Below are positions 1 to 8,090 of a stretch of DNA of 64,000 bases, piece after piece. The notes under the pieces are model-generated. The model made no database searches and was not told the DNA's origin. It was given only the letters and a program-made list of their open reading frames with translations. The position numbers and the translations under genes are program-made. Position 1 is the first letter of the stretch. Each line of letters opens with the position of its first letter. This DNA comes from Bacteroidales bacterium. GTDB lineage: Bacteria; Bacteroidota; Bacteroidia; Bacteroidales; TTA-H9. The stretch is from positions 84,256-148,255 of the forward strand of contig JBMFOU010000003.1 of NCBI GenBank assembly GCA_049969475.1, given 5' to 3'.

Positions 1-71
1 CAAAATAAAAACATACGAGTCTTGTAAAAAAAATCCGACCAGGAGTAATTCAAAAAATTTTTTCTTAAAAA

Positions 72-102
72 CTTGTTAATTTCCGAAAAGTTAGTACTTT
101 TG
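72..102 (+). promoter_or_regulatory. Orphan Bacteroidota-type promoter candidate with no CDS downstream
   Basis: cTTG at 72-75, a 19-nt spacer, then TACTTTTG at 95-102 (a TAnnTTTG -7 box). The same GTACTTTTGCAC core recurs upstream of gdhA at 18471-18482. No ORF follows on the + strand before the terminator at 326-356. Confidence 0.4.
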
Positions 103-325
103 CACGCTTTTTTGGGAGATCAACATTTGAGGCCATTAAACTTAACTAAATCAACCTATTAAAAAAATTAAAAGGTTAATAAAGTTGGGTTTTCGGGAAG
201 TAAGGAAAAATGCCTTAGATAGCGATAATACCGTAAAAAAGCGATAACAATATTTTATTCAATATCGAAACATCATGTGACTTGGTTTTCTCATAATGTT
301 GGATTTTGGTTAATTGGTTGGAAAG

Positions 326-356
326 CGGCGGGAAAGTTCCCGCCGTTTTTCATTTT
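326..356 (+). terminator. Intrinsic terminator, + strand
   Basis: 8-bp stem CGGCGGGA (326-333) / TCCCGCCG (338-345) with a 4-nt loop AAGT, followed by TTTTTCATTTTT. Confidence 0.7.
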
Positions 357-385
357 TGCAAGAGGTACTAAGAAAAATGGTTGAG

Positions 386-455
386 GAAAAAACGGACGGA
401 CAGGCCCCGATAGCGAAGCCTGTCCGTCAGAAAAAAATCCGGAGGGGGGCCGGAT
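386..455 (-). terminator. Two tandem intrinsic terminators downstream of rpoD
   Basis: Hairpin ATCCGG/CCGGAT (437-455) sits directly after the rpoD stop and is followed on the - strand by a T7 run. A second 11-bp hairpin GACGGACAGGC/GCCTGTCCGTC (395-428) is followed on the - strand by CGTTTTTT. Confidence 0.7.
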
Positions 456-1319
456 TTAGCCCAAATAAGATTTTAGAATTTTGCTACGAGAGCTGTGCTT
501 CAGGCGACGAATGGCTTTTTCCTTAATCTGCCTTACTCTTTCGCGGGTAAGATCAAATTTTTCTCCAATTTCTTCAAGTGTAAGCGGGTGCTGGCCATCG
601 AGTCCAAAATAAAGACGGATAACATCTGCTTCGCGGGGGGTAAGGGTGGATATAGCCCGGTCTATTTCCCTGCGGAGCGATTCGTACATCAGTCCTTCTT
701 CGGGGCTGGGGCTGTCCTCGGCGCGCAATACGTCGTACATGTTGTTGTCTTCGTCTTCCACCAGAGGAGCATCCATAGATACATGGCGGCCCGAATTGCG
801 CAACGATTCCCTTACTTCACTCTCCGAAATTTCGAGTACCTGGGCGATTTCCTCATAATTGGGTTCGCGCTCGAGTTCCTGTTCGAGCTTGGCATAAGCC
901 TTATTAATTTTATTGAGCGAGCCGATCTTGTTGAGGGGTAGTCGCACGATACGCGATTGTTCGGCCAAAGCCTGAAGAATACTCTGACGAATCCACCAAA
1001 CGGCGTACGAAATAAACTTGAACCCACGGGTTTCGTCGAAACGCTGGGCAGCTTTTATAAGGCCCAGGTTACCTTCATTGATAAGGTCAGGAAGGCTCAA
1101 TCCCTGATTCTGATATTGCTTCGACACCGAAACCACAAAACGCAGATTTGCTTTGGTGAGCTTTTCCAGAGCGGCCTGATCGCCCTGGCGAATGCGCTGG
1201 GCCAATGCTACTTCCTCTTCTGCCGTCAACAACTCTACTTTCCCAATTTCCTGCAGGTACTTGTCGAGCGAAGCGGTTTCCCTGTTGGTTACCTGTTTGG
1301 TGATTTTTAATTGCCTCAT
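456..1319 (-). CDS. rpoD: Primary RNA polymerase sigma-70 factor (short Bacteroidota RpoD type, 287 aa)
   Basis: Region 2 ([24 protein letters not shown]), region 3 and region 4 ([28 protein letters not shown]) are all readable. The length is typical of Bacteroidota SigA. Confidence 0.95.
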   Translation of the reverse strand: MRQLKITKQVTNRETASLDKYLQEIGKVELLTAEEEVALAQRIRQGDQAALEKLTKANLRFVVSVSKQYQNQGLSLPDLINEGNLGLIKAAQRFDETRGFKFISYAVWWIRQSILQALAEQSRIVRLPLNKIGSLNKINKAYAKLEQELEREPNYEEIAQVLEISESEVRESLRNSGRHVSMDAPLVEDEDNNMYDVLRAEDSPSPEEGLMYESLRREIDRAISTLTPREADVIRLYFGLDGQHPLTLEEIGEKFDLTRERVRQIKEKAIRRLKHSSRSKILKSYLG

Positions 1320-1402
1320 ATGGTAGTTTTTGACCGTGTTTCTTTTACGCCTTGATTACTTTAAAGTTTCAGTTTTATCTGCTTTTTTCCACCTCTGCCG
1401 CA

Positions 1403-3550
1403 TTAATTCCTTTTTCCATTATTCCCACCCTGCTGAGGCTTAGGAAGCAGTACTTTTCTGGATAACTTTAATTTTCCTGTTGCCCGGTCAATGTCAATAA
1501 GTTTTACCGTAACCTCGTCACCCACTTTGAGCACGCTTTCTACATCGCTTATGCGTTTCCAATCGATCTCTGAAATGTGTAGCAGACCATCCTTACCAGG
1601 TAAAATTTCTACAAAGGCTCCAAAAGGTACTATGCTCTTCACTTTGCCCGTGTATATCTCGCCAATTTCGGGGACCGCAATGATGGCTTTGATTTTTTTC
1701 TTAACAGCTTCGATAGATTCAAGATCCACGGCTACGATGTCGATAATACCAAATTCACCCACCTCTTCGATAACAATGGTGGAATTGGTTTCACGCTGCA
1801 TATCCTGAATAATTTTTCCACCCGGGCCAATGACTGCGCCGATAAATTCGCGTGGAATGGTCATCTGAACGATACGAGGTACGTGAGGTTTGTAATCGGG
1901 ACGCGGACTATCAATAGCCTTGCGCATTTCGCCAAGTATATGCAGGCGTCCCCGCTTGGCCTGTTCTAGTGCCTCGGTTAATATTTCCGTAGAAAGCCCT
2001 GAAACCTTGATGTCCATCTGGCAGGCTGTAATTCCGTCAATGGTTCCGGCCACTTTAAAGTCCATATCACCCAGATGGTCTTCATCACCCAAAATATCGG
2101 AAAGCACAGCGTACTTACCTGTTTTTTCATCAGTAATCAAACCCATGGCAATACCTGAAACCGGCTTACGAATTTTCACGCCGGCATCCATGAGGGCCAG
2201 GGTGCCTGCACACACGGTAGCCATGGAGCTTGAGCCATTCGACTCGAGAATATCTGAAACCACGCGTACGGTGTATGGGTTTTCTTCCTGTGAAGGCATT
2301 ACAGCTTTAAGGGCCCTCAATGCCAGGTTACCATGCCCAATTTCGCGACGGCTGGTGCCTCTCATTGCCTTCACCTCACCTGTAGAAAATGGCGGGAAGT
2401 TGTAATGAAGGATAAAAGTGCTTTTACCTTCCAGCACAGCTCCGTCAATGGTTTGCTCGTCGAGCTTAGTGCCAAGCGTACAAGTAGTCAACGATTGGGT
2501 TTCACCCCGGGTAAAAATAGCCGAGCCATGGGCCGTAGGCAGATAGTCCACCTCGCACCAGATCGGTCTAATCTCATCCAGTTTACGTCCATCGAGGCGT
2601 GTACGTTCGTTCAGAATGACGTTGCGGACAGCTTCCCATTGTGTGTGATGATAATAGCGCTTGATCATAGCCTCTTTCTCGGCGCGTTCCTCTTCCGACA
2701 GGTTTTCAAAGAAGGAGTCCAGCACTTCATTAAACAATTCCGAACGTTCGTGCTTGGAGGTAGGGCGAGAGGCTATCTCATATATTTTGGGGTAGCAGAA
2801 TTCGTGTACTTGTTTTCTCAGTTCTTCATCGTTTACCTCGTGACAGTATTCACGTTTTTTATCCCAGGTGCCCACTTTTTTAGCCAGCTCTATCTGTGCC
2901 AGGCACTGGGCCTTTATCGCTTCGTGGGCAAACTGAAGGGCCTTTACCAGGTCAGACTCCGAAATCTCTTTCATCTCCCCTTCTACCATCACTATATTTT
3001 CGATGGTAGCCGCCACCATGATTTCCATATCGGATTTCTCCATTTCCTGAATGGTGGGATTAATGATGAAACGGCCATCTACACGACCTACCTTCACCTC
3101 TGAGATAGGACCCTTGAAAGGAATATCGGAGACGGCGAGAGCTGAAGAAGCAGCCAGGCCGGCCAATGCATCGGGTACAAAATTTTTATCGCCTGAGATA
3201 AGAGTTATTATAACCTGAGTTTCTGCATGATAATCTTCAGGAAATAGAGGACGCAGAGCACGGTCTACCAGACGGGCCGTAAGAATCTCATATTCCGAAG
3301 GCCGGGCTTCACGTTTGAAGAATCCTCCCGGAAAACGCCCTGTGGCCGCATACTTTTCCTGGTATTCAACCGTCAAGGGCATGAAATCGACGTCTTCTTT
3401 GGCTTCTTTAGCCGATACCACAGTGGCCAACAGCATGGTGTTGCCCATTCTTACGACAACTGCCCCGTCGGCTTGTTTGGCCAATCTGCCAGTTTCGATG
3501 ATAATTTCTCTGCCGTCAGGGAGAAAAATATTTTGAGTAATTGCTTGCAT
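1403..3550 (-). CDS. pnp: Polyribonucleotide nucleotidyltransferase (PNPase)
   Basis: 715 aa with two RNase PH-like halves, a KH region ([14 protein letters not shown]) and an S1 domain ([20 protein letters not shown]). It lies downstream of rpsO as in most bacteria. Confidence 0.97.
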   Translation of the reverse strand: MQAITQNIFLPDGREIIIETGRLAKQADGAVVVRMGNTMLLATVVSAKEAKEDVDFMPLTVEYQEKYAATGRFPGGFFKREARPSEYEILTARLVDRALRPLFPEDYHAETQVIITLISGDKNFVPDALAGLAASSALAVSDIPFKGPISEVKVGRVDGRFIINPTIQEMEKSDMEIMVAATIENIVMVEGEMKEISESDLVKALQFAHEAIKAQCLAQIELAKKVGTWDKKREYCHEVNDEELRKQVHEFCYPKIYEIASRPTSKHERSELFNEVLDSFFENLSEEERAEKEAMIKRYYHHTQWEAVRNVILNERTRLDGRKLDEIRPIWCEVDYLPTAHGSAIFTRGETQSLTTCTLGTKLDEQTIDGAVLEGKSTFILHYNFPPFSTGEVKAMRGTSRREIGHGNLALRALKAVMPSQEENPYTVRVVSDILESNGSSSMATVCAGTLALMDAGVKIRKPVSGIAMGLITDEKTGKYAVLSDILGDEDHLGDMDFKVAGTIDGITACQMDIKVSGLSTEILTEALEQAKRGRLHILGEMRKAIDSPRPDYKPHVPRIVQMTIPREFIGAVIGPGGKIIQDMQRETNSTIVIEEVGEFGIIDIVAVDLESIEAVKKKIKAIIAVPEIGEIYTGKVKSIVPFGAFVEILPGKDGLLHISEIDWKRISDVESVLKVGDEVTVKLIDIDRATGKLKLSRKVLLPKPQQGGNNGKRN

Positions 3551-3609
3551 AAGTCTTTGATTTGAATTTTATAAACACAACATCGGTATGTACCGACTAA
3601 ACGAATTGA

Positions 3610-3617
3610 CAAAAGTA
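3610..3617 (-). promoter_or_regulatory. -7 box candidate for pnp
   Basis: The - strand reads TACTTTTG (TAnnTTTG) about 60 nt upstream of the pnp ATG and downstream of the rpsO terminator. Confidence 0.35.
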
Positions 3618-3685
3618 ACTTCCTTAGCGAAACTATCGTGTAAAAGATGCCACTTGTTTTATTGAATCCCCTTCGGCTTTAAACA

Positions 3686-3719
3686 CCAAAAAAGGCAATT
3701 TGCTGAATTGCCTTTTTGG
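3686..3719 (-). terminator. rpsO terminator or attenuator hairpin (palindromic, could act in both directions)
   Basis: CCAAAAAAGGCAATT (3686-3700) pairs with AATTGCCTTTTTGG (3706-3719) around a 5-nt loop. It is U-rich on the 3' side on the - strand and lies 22 nt after the rpsO stop. Confidence 0.7.
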
Positions 3720-3741
3720 TATGTTGTTCACCATCAATAAT

Positions 3742-4011
3742 TTACTTTCTGATGCCAAGTTTCTTGATCAGTTCGCGGTAACGATTGATGTCTTTGCGGC
3801 GAAGATACTCAAGAAATCTGCGTCTGCGACCTACCATCAGTACCAGCGAACGACGGGTTGCCAGGTCTTTTTTGTTGTTGCGCAGGTGCTCGGTAAGGTG
3901 ATTGATACGGTAGGTGAGCAGAGCAATCTGTGCTTCGGTGGAGCCTGTGTTGGTTTCGGAACCACCGTACTCAACAAAAATCTGTTTCTTAACTTCGGGT
4001 GTGAGATACAT
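3742..4011 (-). CDS. rpsO: 30S ribosomal protein S15
   Basis: The 89-aa product starting [12 protein letters not shown]...[29 protein letters not shown] is canonical S15. I chose the internal ATG at 4011; the 21-codon extension in the ORF track is not S15-like. Confidence 0.95.
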   Translation of the reverse strand: MYLTPEVKKQIFVEYGGSETNTGSTEAQIALLTYRINHLTEHLRNNKKDLATRRSLVLMVGRRRRFLEYLRRKDINRYRELIKKLGIRK

Positions 4012-4196
4012 GCCTTTATTAAAATTTTTGGTTTCAATTTTAGGGCTGCAAATATACAACATTTTCTTACACAAATCTTTTTTAGAACTTTCCCCGGAAA
4101 ATTTTCAACCCTCTTGGGCGCTCGCCCGGGTCTGCTTACTTTTGTCAAACTTTTATCGCTCCATGCTTTAACCTCTCAAAAAAAAAATTAACCCTT

Positions 4197-6299
4197 ATGA
4201 AAAAGTTGCTCATGTTTACTTCGCTTATTGTTTTTGCGTTCAGCTCATGTAAGCAAAAACAGGAAAACCCATTACTGACAGACTGGAAAACGCCCTTTGA
4301 AGTTCCTCCATTCGACCAGATCGACACCACACACTACCTGCCTGCATTCGAAGAAGCCATGAAACAACATGTGCTCGAAATCGAAGCTATCGTTAAAAAC
4401 GAAGCAGAGCCCACCTTCGAAAACACTATTTACGCATTCGACAAATCGGGAAAACTGTTGCAAAGAGTTAGCAGCGTATTTTTCAACCTGCTGGAGGCCA
4501 ACACCAACGACCAGATGCAACAGATTGCTGAAAAAATTTCTCCCCAGCTTTCGAAGCACCAGGACGATATTTACATGAATGCGGCCCTGTTTGCACGCAT
4601 CAAAGCAGTTTATGACAAGCGTCTTACTTCTAACTTCGATTCACTGCAAATCAGAACGGTTGAAAAGTATTACAACGATTTCGTGCGCAGTGGTGCCAAT
4701 CTCGACAGTGCCCAGCAGCGCCGACTTCGCGAAATCAACGAAAAACTCAGCCTGCTCTCTTTGCAATTTGGCAACAACGTGCTGGCCGAAACCAACAAAA
4801 ATTTTGTGTTGGTTATCGATAAAAAAGAAGACCTGGCTGGCCTACCCCAGACCTCAATTGATGCCGCAGCAGAAGAAGCAAAAGCCCGTGGCATGGAGGG
4901 TAAATGGGTGTTCACATTAGCCAAACCCAGCCTCATTCCTTTCCTGCAATACAGCGACCGCCGCGACCTGCGGGAAAAAATCTACAAGGCCTATTACCTG
5001 CGTGGCGACAATAATAATGAAAACGACAACAAAGAGATTATCAAACAGATAGTCGCTCTCAGGGCTGAAAAGGCACGCCTGCTGGGCTACGACAGCTGGG
5101 CCGCCTATGTAATAAGCGAAAACATGGCCAAAACTCCGGCCCGGGTAGATGAATTTTTACTGAATCTCTGGAATGCAGCACTGCCGGTAGCTAAAAAAGA
5201 AGCCGCCGAAATGCAGGCCATGATTGATTCAGAAGGCGGAAAATTTAAACTGGAATCGTGGGACTGGTGGTATTATGCAGAAAAAATCCGCAAAGCCCGC
5301 TACGACCTCGACGAAAACCAACTCAAACCTTATTTTAAACTTGATAATGTAAGAGACGGCATGTTTGCCGTTGCCAACAAGCTTTATGGCATTACTTTCG
5401 AGAAACGCACCGATCTTCCGGTGTATCATCCCGAAGTAGAAACCTATGAAGTCAAGGAAGCCAATGGAGATCATCTGGGCATTCTTTACCTCGACTACTA
5501 TCCGCGAAACGAAAAACGCGGCGGAGCCTGGTGCACCGATTTTAGGTCGGCAGGATGGGAAGAGGGTAAAAAGGTAACACCGGTTATCAGCATTGTCTGC
5601 AACTTTACAAAACCCACAGCCACCACACCCGCCCTGCTGAGCTGGGACGAAACCCTGACACTTTTCCATGAATTCGGACATGCCCTCCACGGGCTATTCA
5701 CCGAAGGCAAGTACTCACGCATTGCCGGTGTAGTGCCCCGCGACTTTGTAGAATTGCCCAGCCAGGTGATGGAAAACTGGGCAGCTGAACCCGAAGTACT
5801 TAAAAACTATGCTAAACATTATCAAACAGGCGAAGCCATTCCCGACGAGTTGATCCAGAAAATCGTCAACAGCAGCCATTTCAACCAGGGATTTGAAACC
5901 GTAGAATACCTGGCCGCCTCCATCCTCGACATGAATTATCACGAACTGACACCCGAAACTGCGGCTATTGAGCCCAATACCTTCGAAAAGGCAGCCATGG
6001 ATAAAATCGGACTCATCAAGGAAATCATTCCCCGCTATCGGTCTACGTATTTCCAGCATATCTTTAGCGGGGGTTATTCAGCCGGATATTATGTTTACAT
6101 CTGGGCAGCTGTTCTCGATGCCGATGCCTTCGATGCCTTCAAACAATCGGGTGATATCTACAACCAGGATCTGGCCGCTAAATTCCGCAAGTATTGCCTG
6201 GCCGGCGGTGGCGACGATGACGCCATGAAACAATACATTCGTTTCCGTGGACAGGAACCCTCGATAGAACCCCTGCTGAAAAAACGCGGATTAAAGTAA
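4197..6299 (+). CDS. dcp: M3-family zinc peptidyl-dipeptidase (Dcp / oligopeptidase A-like), probable lipoprotein
   Basis: HEFGHALH zinc motif, 700 aa, and a signal peptide ending in a lipobox-like FAFSSC. Confidence 0.9.
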   Translation: MKKLLMFTSLIVFAFSSCKQKQENPLLTDWKTPFEVPPFDQIDTTHYLPAFEEAMKQHVLEIEAIVKNEAEPTFENTIYAFDKSGKLLQRVSSVFFNLLEANTNDQMQQIAEKISPQLSKHQDDIYMNAALFARIKAVYDKRLTSNFDSLQIRTVEKYYNDFVRSGANLDSAQQRRLREINEKLSLLSLQFGNNVLAETNKNFVLVIDKKEDLAGLPQTSIDAAAEEAKARGMEGKWVFTLAKPSLIPFLQYSDRRDLREKIYKAYYLRGDNNNENDNKEIIKQIVALRAEKARLLGYDSWAAYVISENMAKTPARVDEFLLNLWNAALPVAKKEAAEMQAMIDSEGGKFKLESWDWWYYAEKIRKARYDLDENQLKPYFKLDNVRDGMFAVANKLYGITFEKRTDLPVYHPEVETYEVKEANGDHLGILYLDYYPRNEKRGGAWCTDFRSAGWEEGKKVTPVISIVCNFTKPTATTPALLSWDETLTLFHEFGHALHGLFTEGKYSRIAGVVPRDFVELPSQVMENWAAEPEVLKNYAKHYQTGEAIPDELIQKIVNSSHFNQGFETVEYLAASILDMNYHELTPETAAIEPNTFEKAAMDKIGLIKEIIPRYRSTYFQHIFSGGYSAGYYVYIWAAVLDADAFDAFKQSGDIYNQDLAAKFRKYCLAGGGDDDAMKQYIRFRGQEPSIEPLLKKRGLK

Positions 6300-6350
6300 C
6301 AACCTGTAAAGGCATCCTGGAGATCTTTACAATTAACACTTCCCCTATAT

Positions 6351-6392
6351 ACTATGCACCCTTCGAACCAGCCCAGGGTGCATAGTCTTTTA
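6351..6392 (+). terminator. Intrinsic terminator after dcp
   Basis: 11-bp stem ACTATGCACCC (6351-6361) / GGGTGCATAGT (6376-6386), followed by CTTTTATT. Confidence 0.7.
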
Positions 6393-6508
6393 TTCCACTG
6401 TTAATCAAGAATTAATTACTGGTTAGGTTGCACAACCAATAATTTTCACCTGGCGGATTTTCATGCAATTGCGCTAACTTCGCAGTCGTTTTCCATAAAC
6501 TCATAATC

Positions 6509-7333
6509 ATGCAGGAAAAATTTAGCTATCAACGATATACCAAAATCACCACTCACGTGCTTCAGGAAATGAAGCTGAGAGGCGAAAAAATCGCTATGCT
6601 AACGGCTTACGACTACAGCATGGCTACCATCCTCGAAGCCGCAGGTATCGATGTTATATTGGTGGGCGACAGTGCCTCCAACGTCATGGCAGGCCACAAA
6701 ACCACGCTTCCCATCACCCTCAACGAAATGATTTACCATGCCAGCTCGGTAGTAAGGGCCGTAGAGAGAGCTCTTGTGGTAGTAGACCTACCTTTTGGCA
6801 CCTACCAGGGCAACAGCAAGGAAGCTCTGGCCTCGGCCATTCGTATCATGAAAGAAAGCGGAGCCAACGCCATTAAAATAGAAGGTGGACGGGAAATACT
6901 GGAAAGTGTAGAGCGCATCCTATCAGCAGGTATTCCTGTCATGGGGCACCTGGGGCTTACTCCACAGTCTATCAATAAATTCGGCACGTATGTGGTTAGG
7001 GCCACCGAAGAGGCCGAGGCCAATAAGCTCAAGGAAGACGCTCAGTTGCTCGACAAAGCCGGATGCTTTGCTATTGTGCTTGAGAAAATACCGGCCAAAC
7101 TGGCTGGTGAGGTGACTCATTTAGTAAAATGTCCCACCATAGGTATTGGGGCCGGCAGCCAGGTTGACGGACAGGTGTTGGTATTGCATGACATGCTGGG
7201 CATTACTACAAAATTTAATCCACGCTTCCTGCGCCGCTATCACAATCTTTTCGAGGAAATCAAAGGCGCTGTAGAGACTTATATTCAGGATGTGAAACAC
7301 GTAGATTTTCCCAACGAGCGGGAACAGTATTAA
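6509..7333 (+). CDS. panB: 3-methyl-2-oxobutanoate hydroxymethyltransferase
   Basis: 274 aa with MLTAYDY, ILVGDS.. and IKIEGG motifs typical of PanB. Confidence 0.95.
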   Translation: MQEKFSYQRYTKITTHVLQEMKLRGEKIAMLTAYDYSMATILEAAGIDVILVGDSASNVMAGHKTTLPITLNEMIYHASSVVRAVERALVVVDLPFGTYQGNSKEALASAIRIMKESGANAIKIEGGREILESVERILSAGIPVMGHLGLTPQSINKFGTYVVRATEEAEANKLKEDAQLLDKAGCFAIVLEKIPAKLAGEVTHLVKCPTIGIGAGSQVDGQVLVLHDMLGITTKFNPRFLRRYHNLFEEIKGAVETYIQDVKHVDFPNEREQY

Positions 7334-7348
7334 GACATTGCCGGGTTC

Positions 7349-8056
7349 ATGGGAAAAGATTTGGCTTCACGCATTCTTTATGAAGATAACCACCTCATCA
7401 TTGTAAACAAGCTGGGAGGGGAGATTGTGCAGGGCGACAAGACCGGCGATATTCCCCTGGCCGACATGATTAAGGCTTATCTCAAAAAGAAATACCTGAA
7501 ACCTGGTGAGGTATTTCTGGGGGTAGTTCACCGGATCGACCGGCCAGTAAGCGGAGCCGTAATATTTGCCCGCACTAGCAAAGCCCTGGCCCGGCTCAAC
7601 AACATGCTGAAAGAAAGAAGAATAACCAAAATCTATTGGGCTGTGGTGAAAAATACGCCTTCAATCAGCGAGGGTACGCTGGTTCACCACTTACGTCGCA
7701 ATGAAAAACAAAACAAGACTTACGTTTACGACCACCCGACACAAAATACTACTGAAGCCTCGCTGAGCTATAAAGTGTTGGGTGAAAGTGATAATTACTT
7801 TCTGGTGCAAATAGAGCTGCATACCGGCCGCCATCATCAAATCAGGGCCCAGCTGGCCCATATCGGGTGTCCTATCAAAGGCGATTTGAAATACGGTGCC
7901 GAACGAAGCAATCCTGGCGGATTTATTCACCTGCACAGCATCAAAACAGAATTCATCCACCCGGTAAAACGTGAAAAGCTGAGCATCGTAGCTCCCCCTC
8001 CCCTGGCTGATCCTCTGTGGGAACACTTTTATCATACTTACCGCGACCTGCTATAA
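7349..8056 (+). CDS. RluA-family RNA pseudouridine synthase
   Basis: HRIDRPVSG catalytic-Asp motif and the HTGRHHQIRAQLA motif; 235 aa with no S4 domain. Confidence 0.85.
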   Translation: MGKDLASRILYEDNHLIIVNKLGGEIVQGDKTGDIPLADMIKAYLKKKYLKPGEVFLGVVHRIDRPVSGAVIFARTSKALARLNNMLKERRITKIYWAVVKNTPSISEGTLVHHLRRNEKQNKTYVYDHPTQNTTEASLSYKVLGESDNYFLVQIELHTGRHHQIRAQLAHIGCPIKGDLKYGAERSNPGGFIHLHSIKTEFIHPVKREKLSIVAPPPLADPLWEHFYHTYRDLL

Positions 8057-8069
8057 GAGGAAGGATGCT

Positions 8070-8077
8070 TATTTTTG
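8070..8077 (+). promoter_or_regulatory. -7 box candidate for the 8091-12556 gene cluster
   Basis: TATTTTTG (TAnnTTTG) lies 13 nt upstream of the ATG at 8091. Confidence 0.35.
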
Positions 8078-8090
8078 GGAAAACTAAAAC

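Noticed and set aside
314-526. 70-aa + strand ORF spanning the rpoD 3' end and terminators.
   Set aside because: It runs through three terminator hairpins and overlaps the rpoD C-terminus on the other strand. It has no protein-like features.
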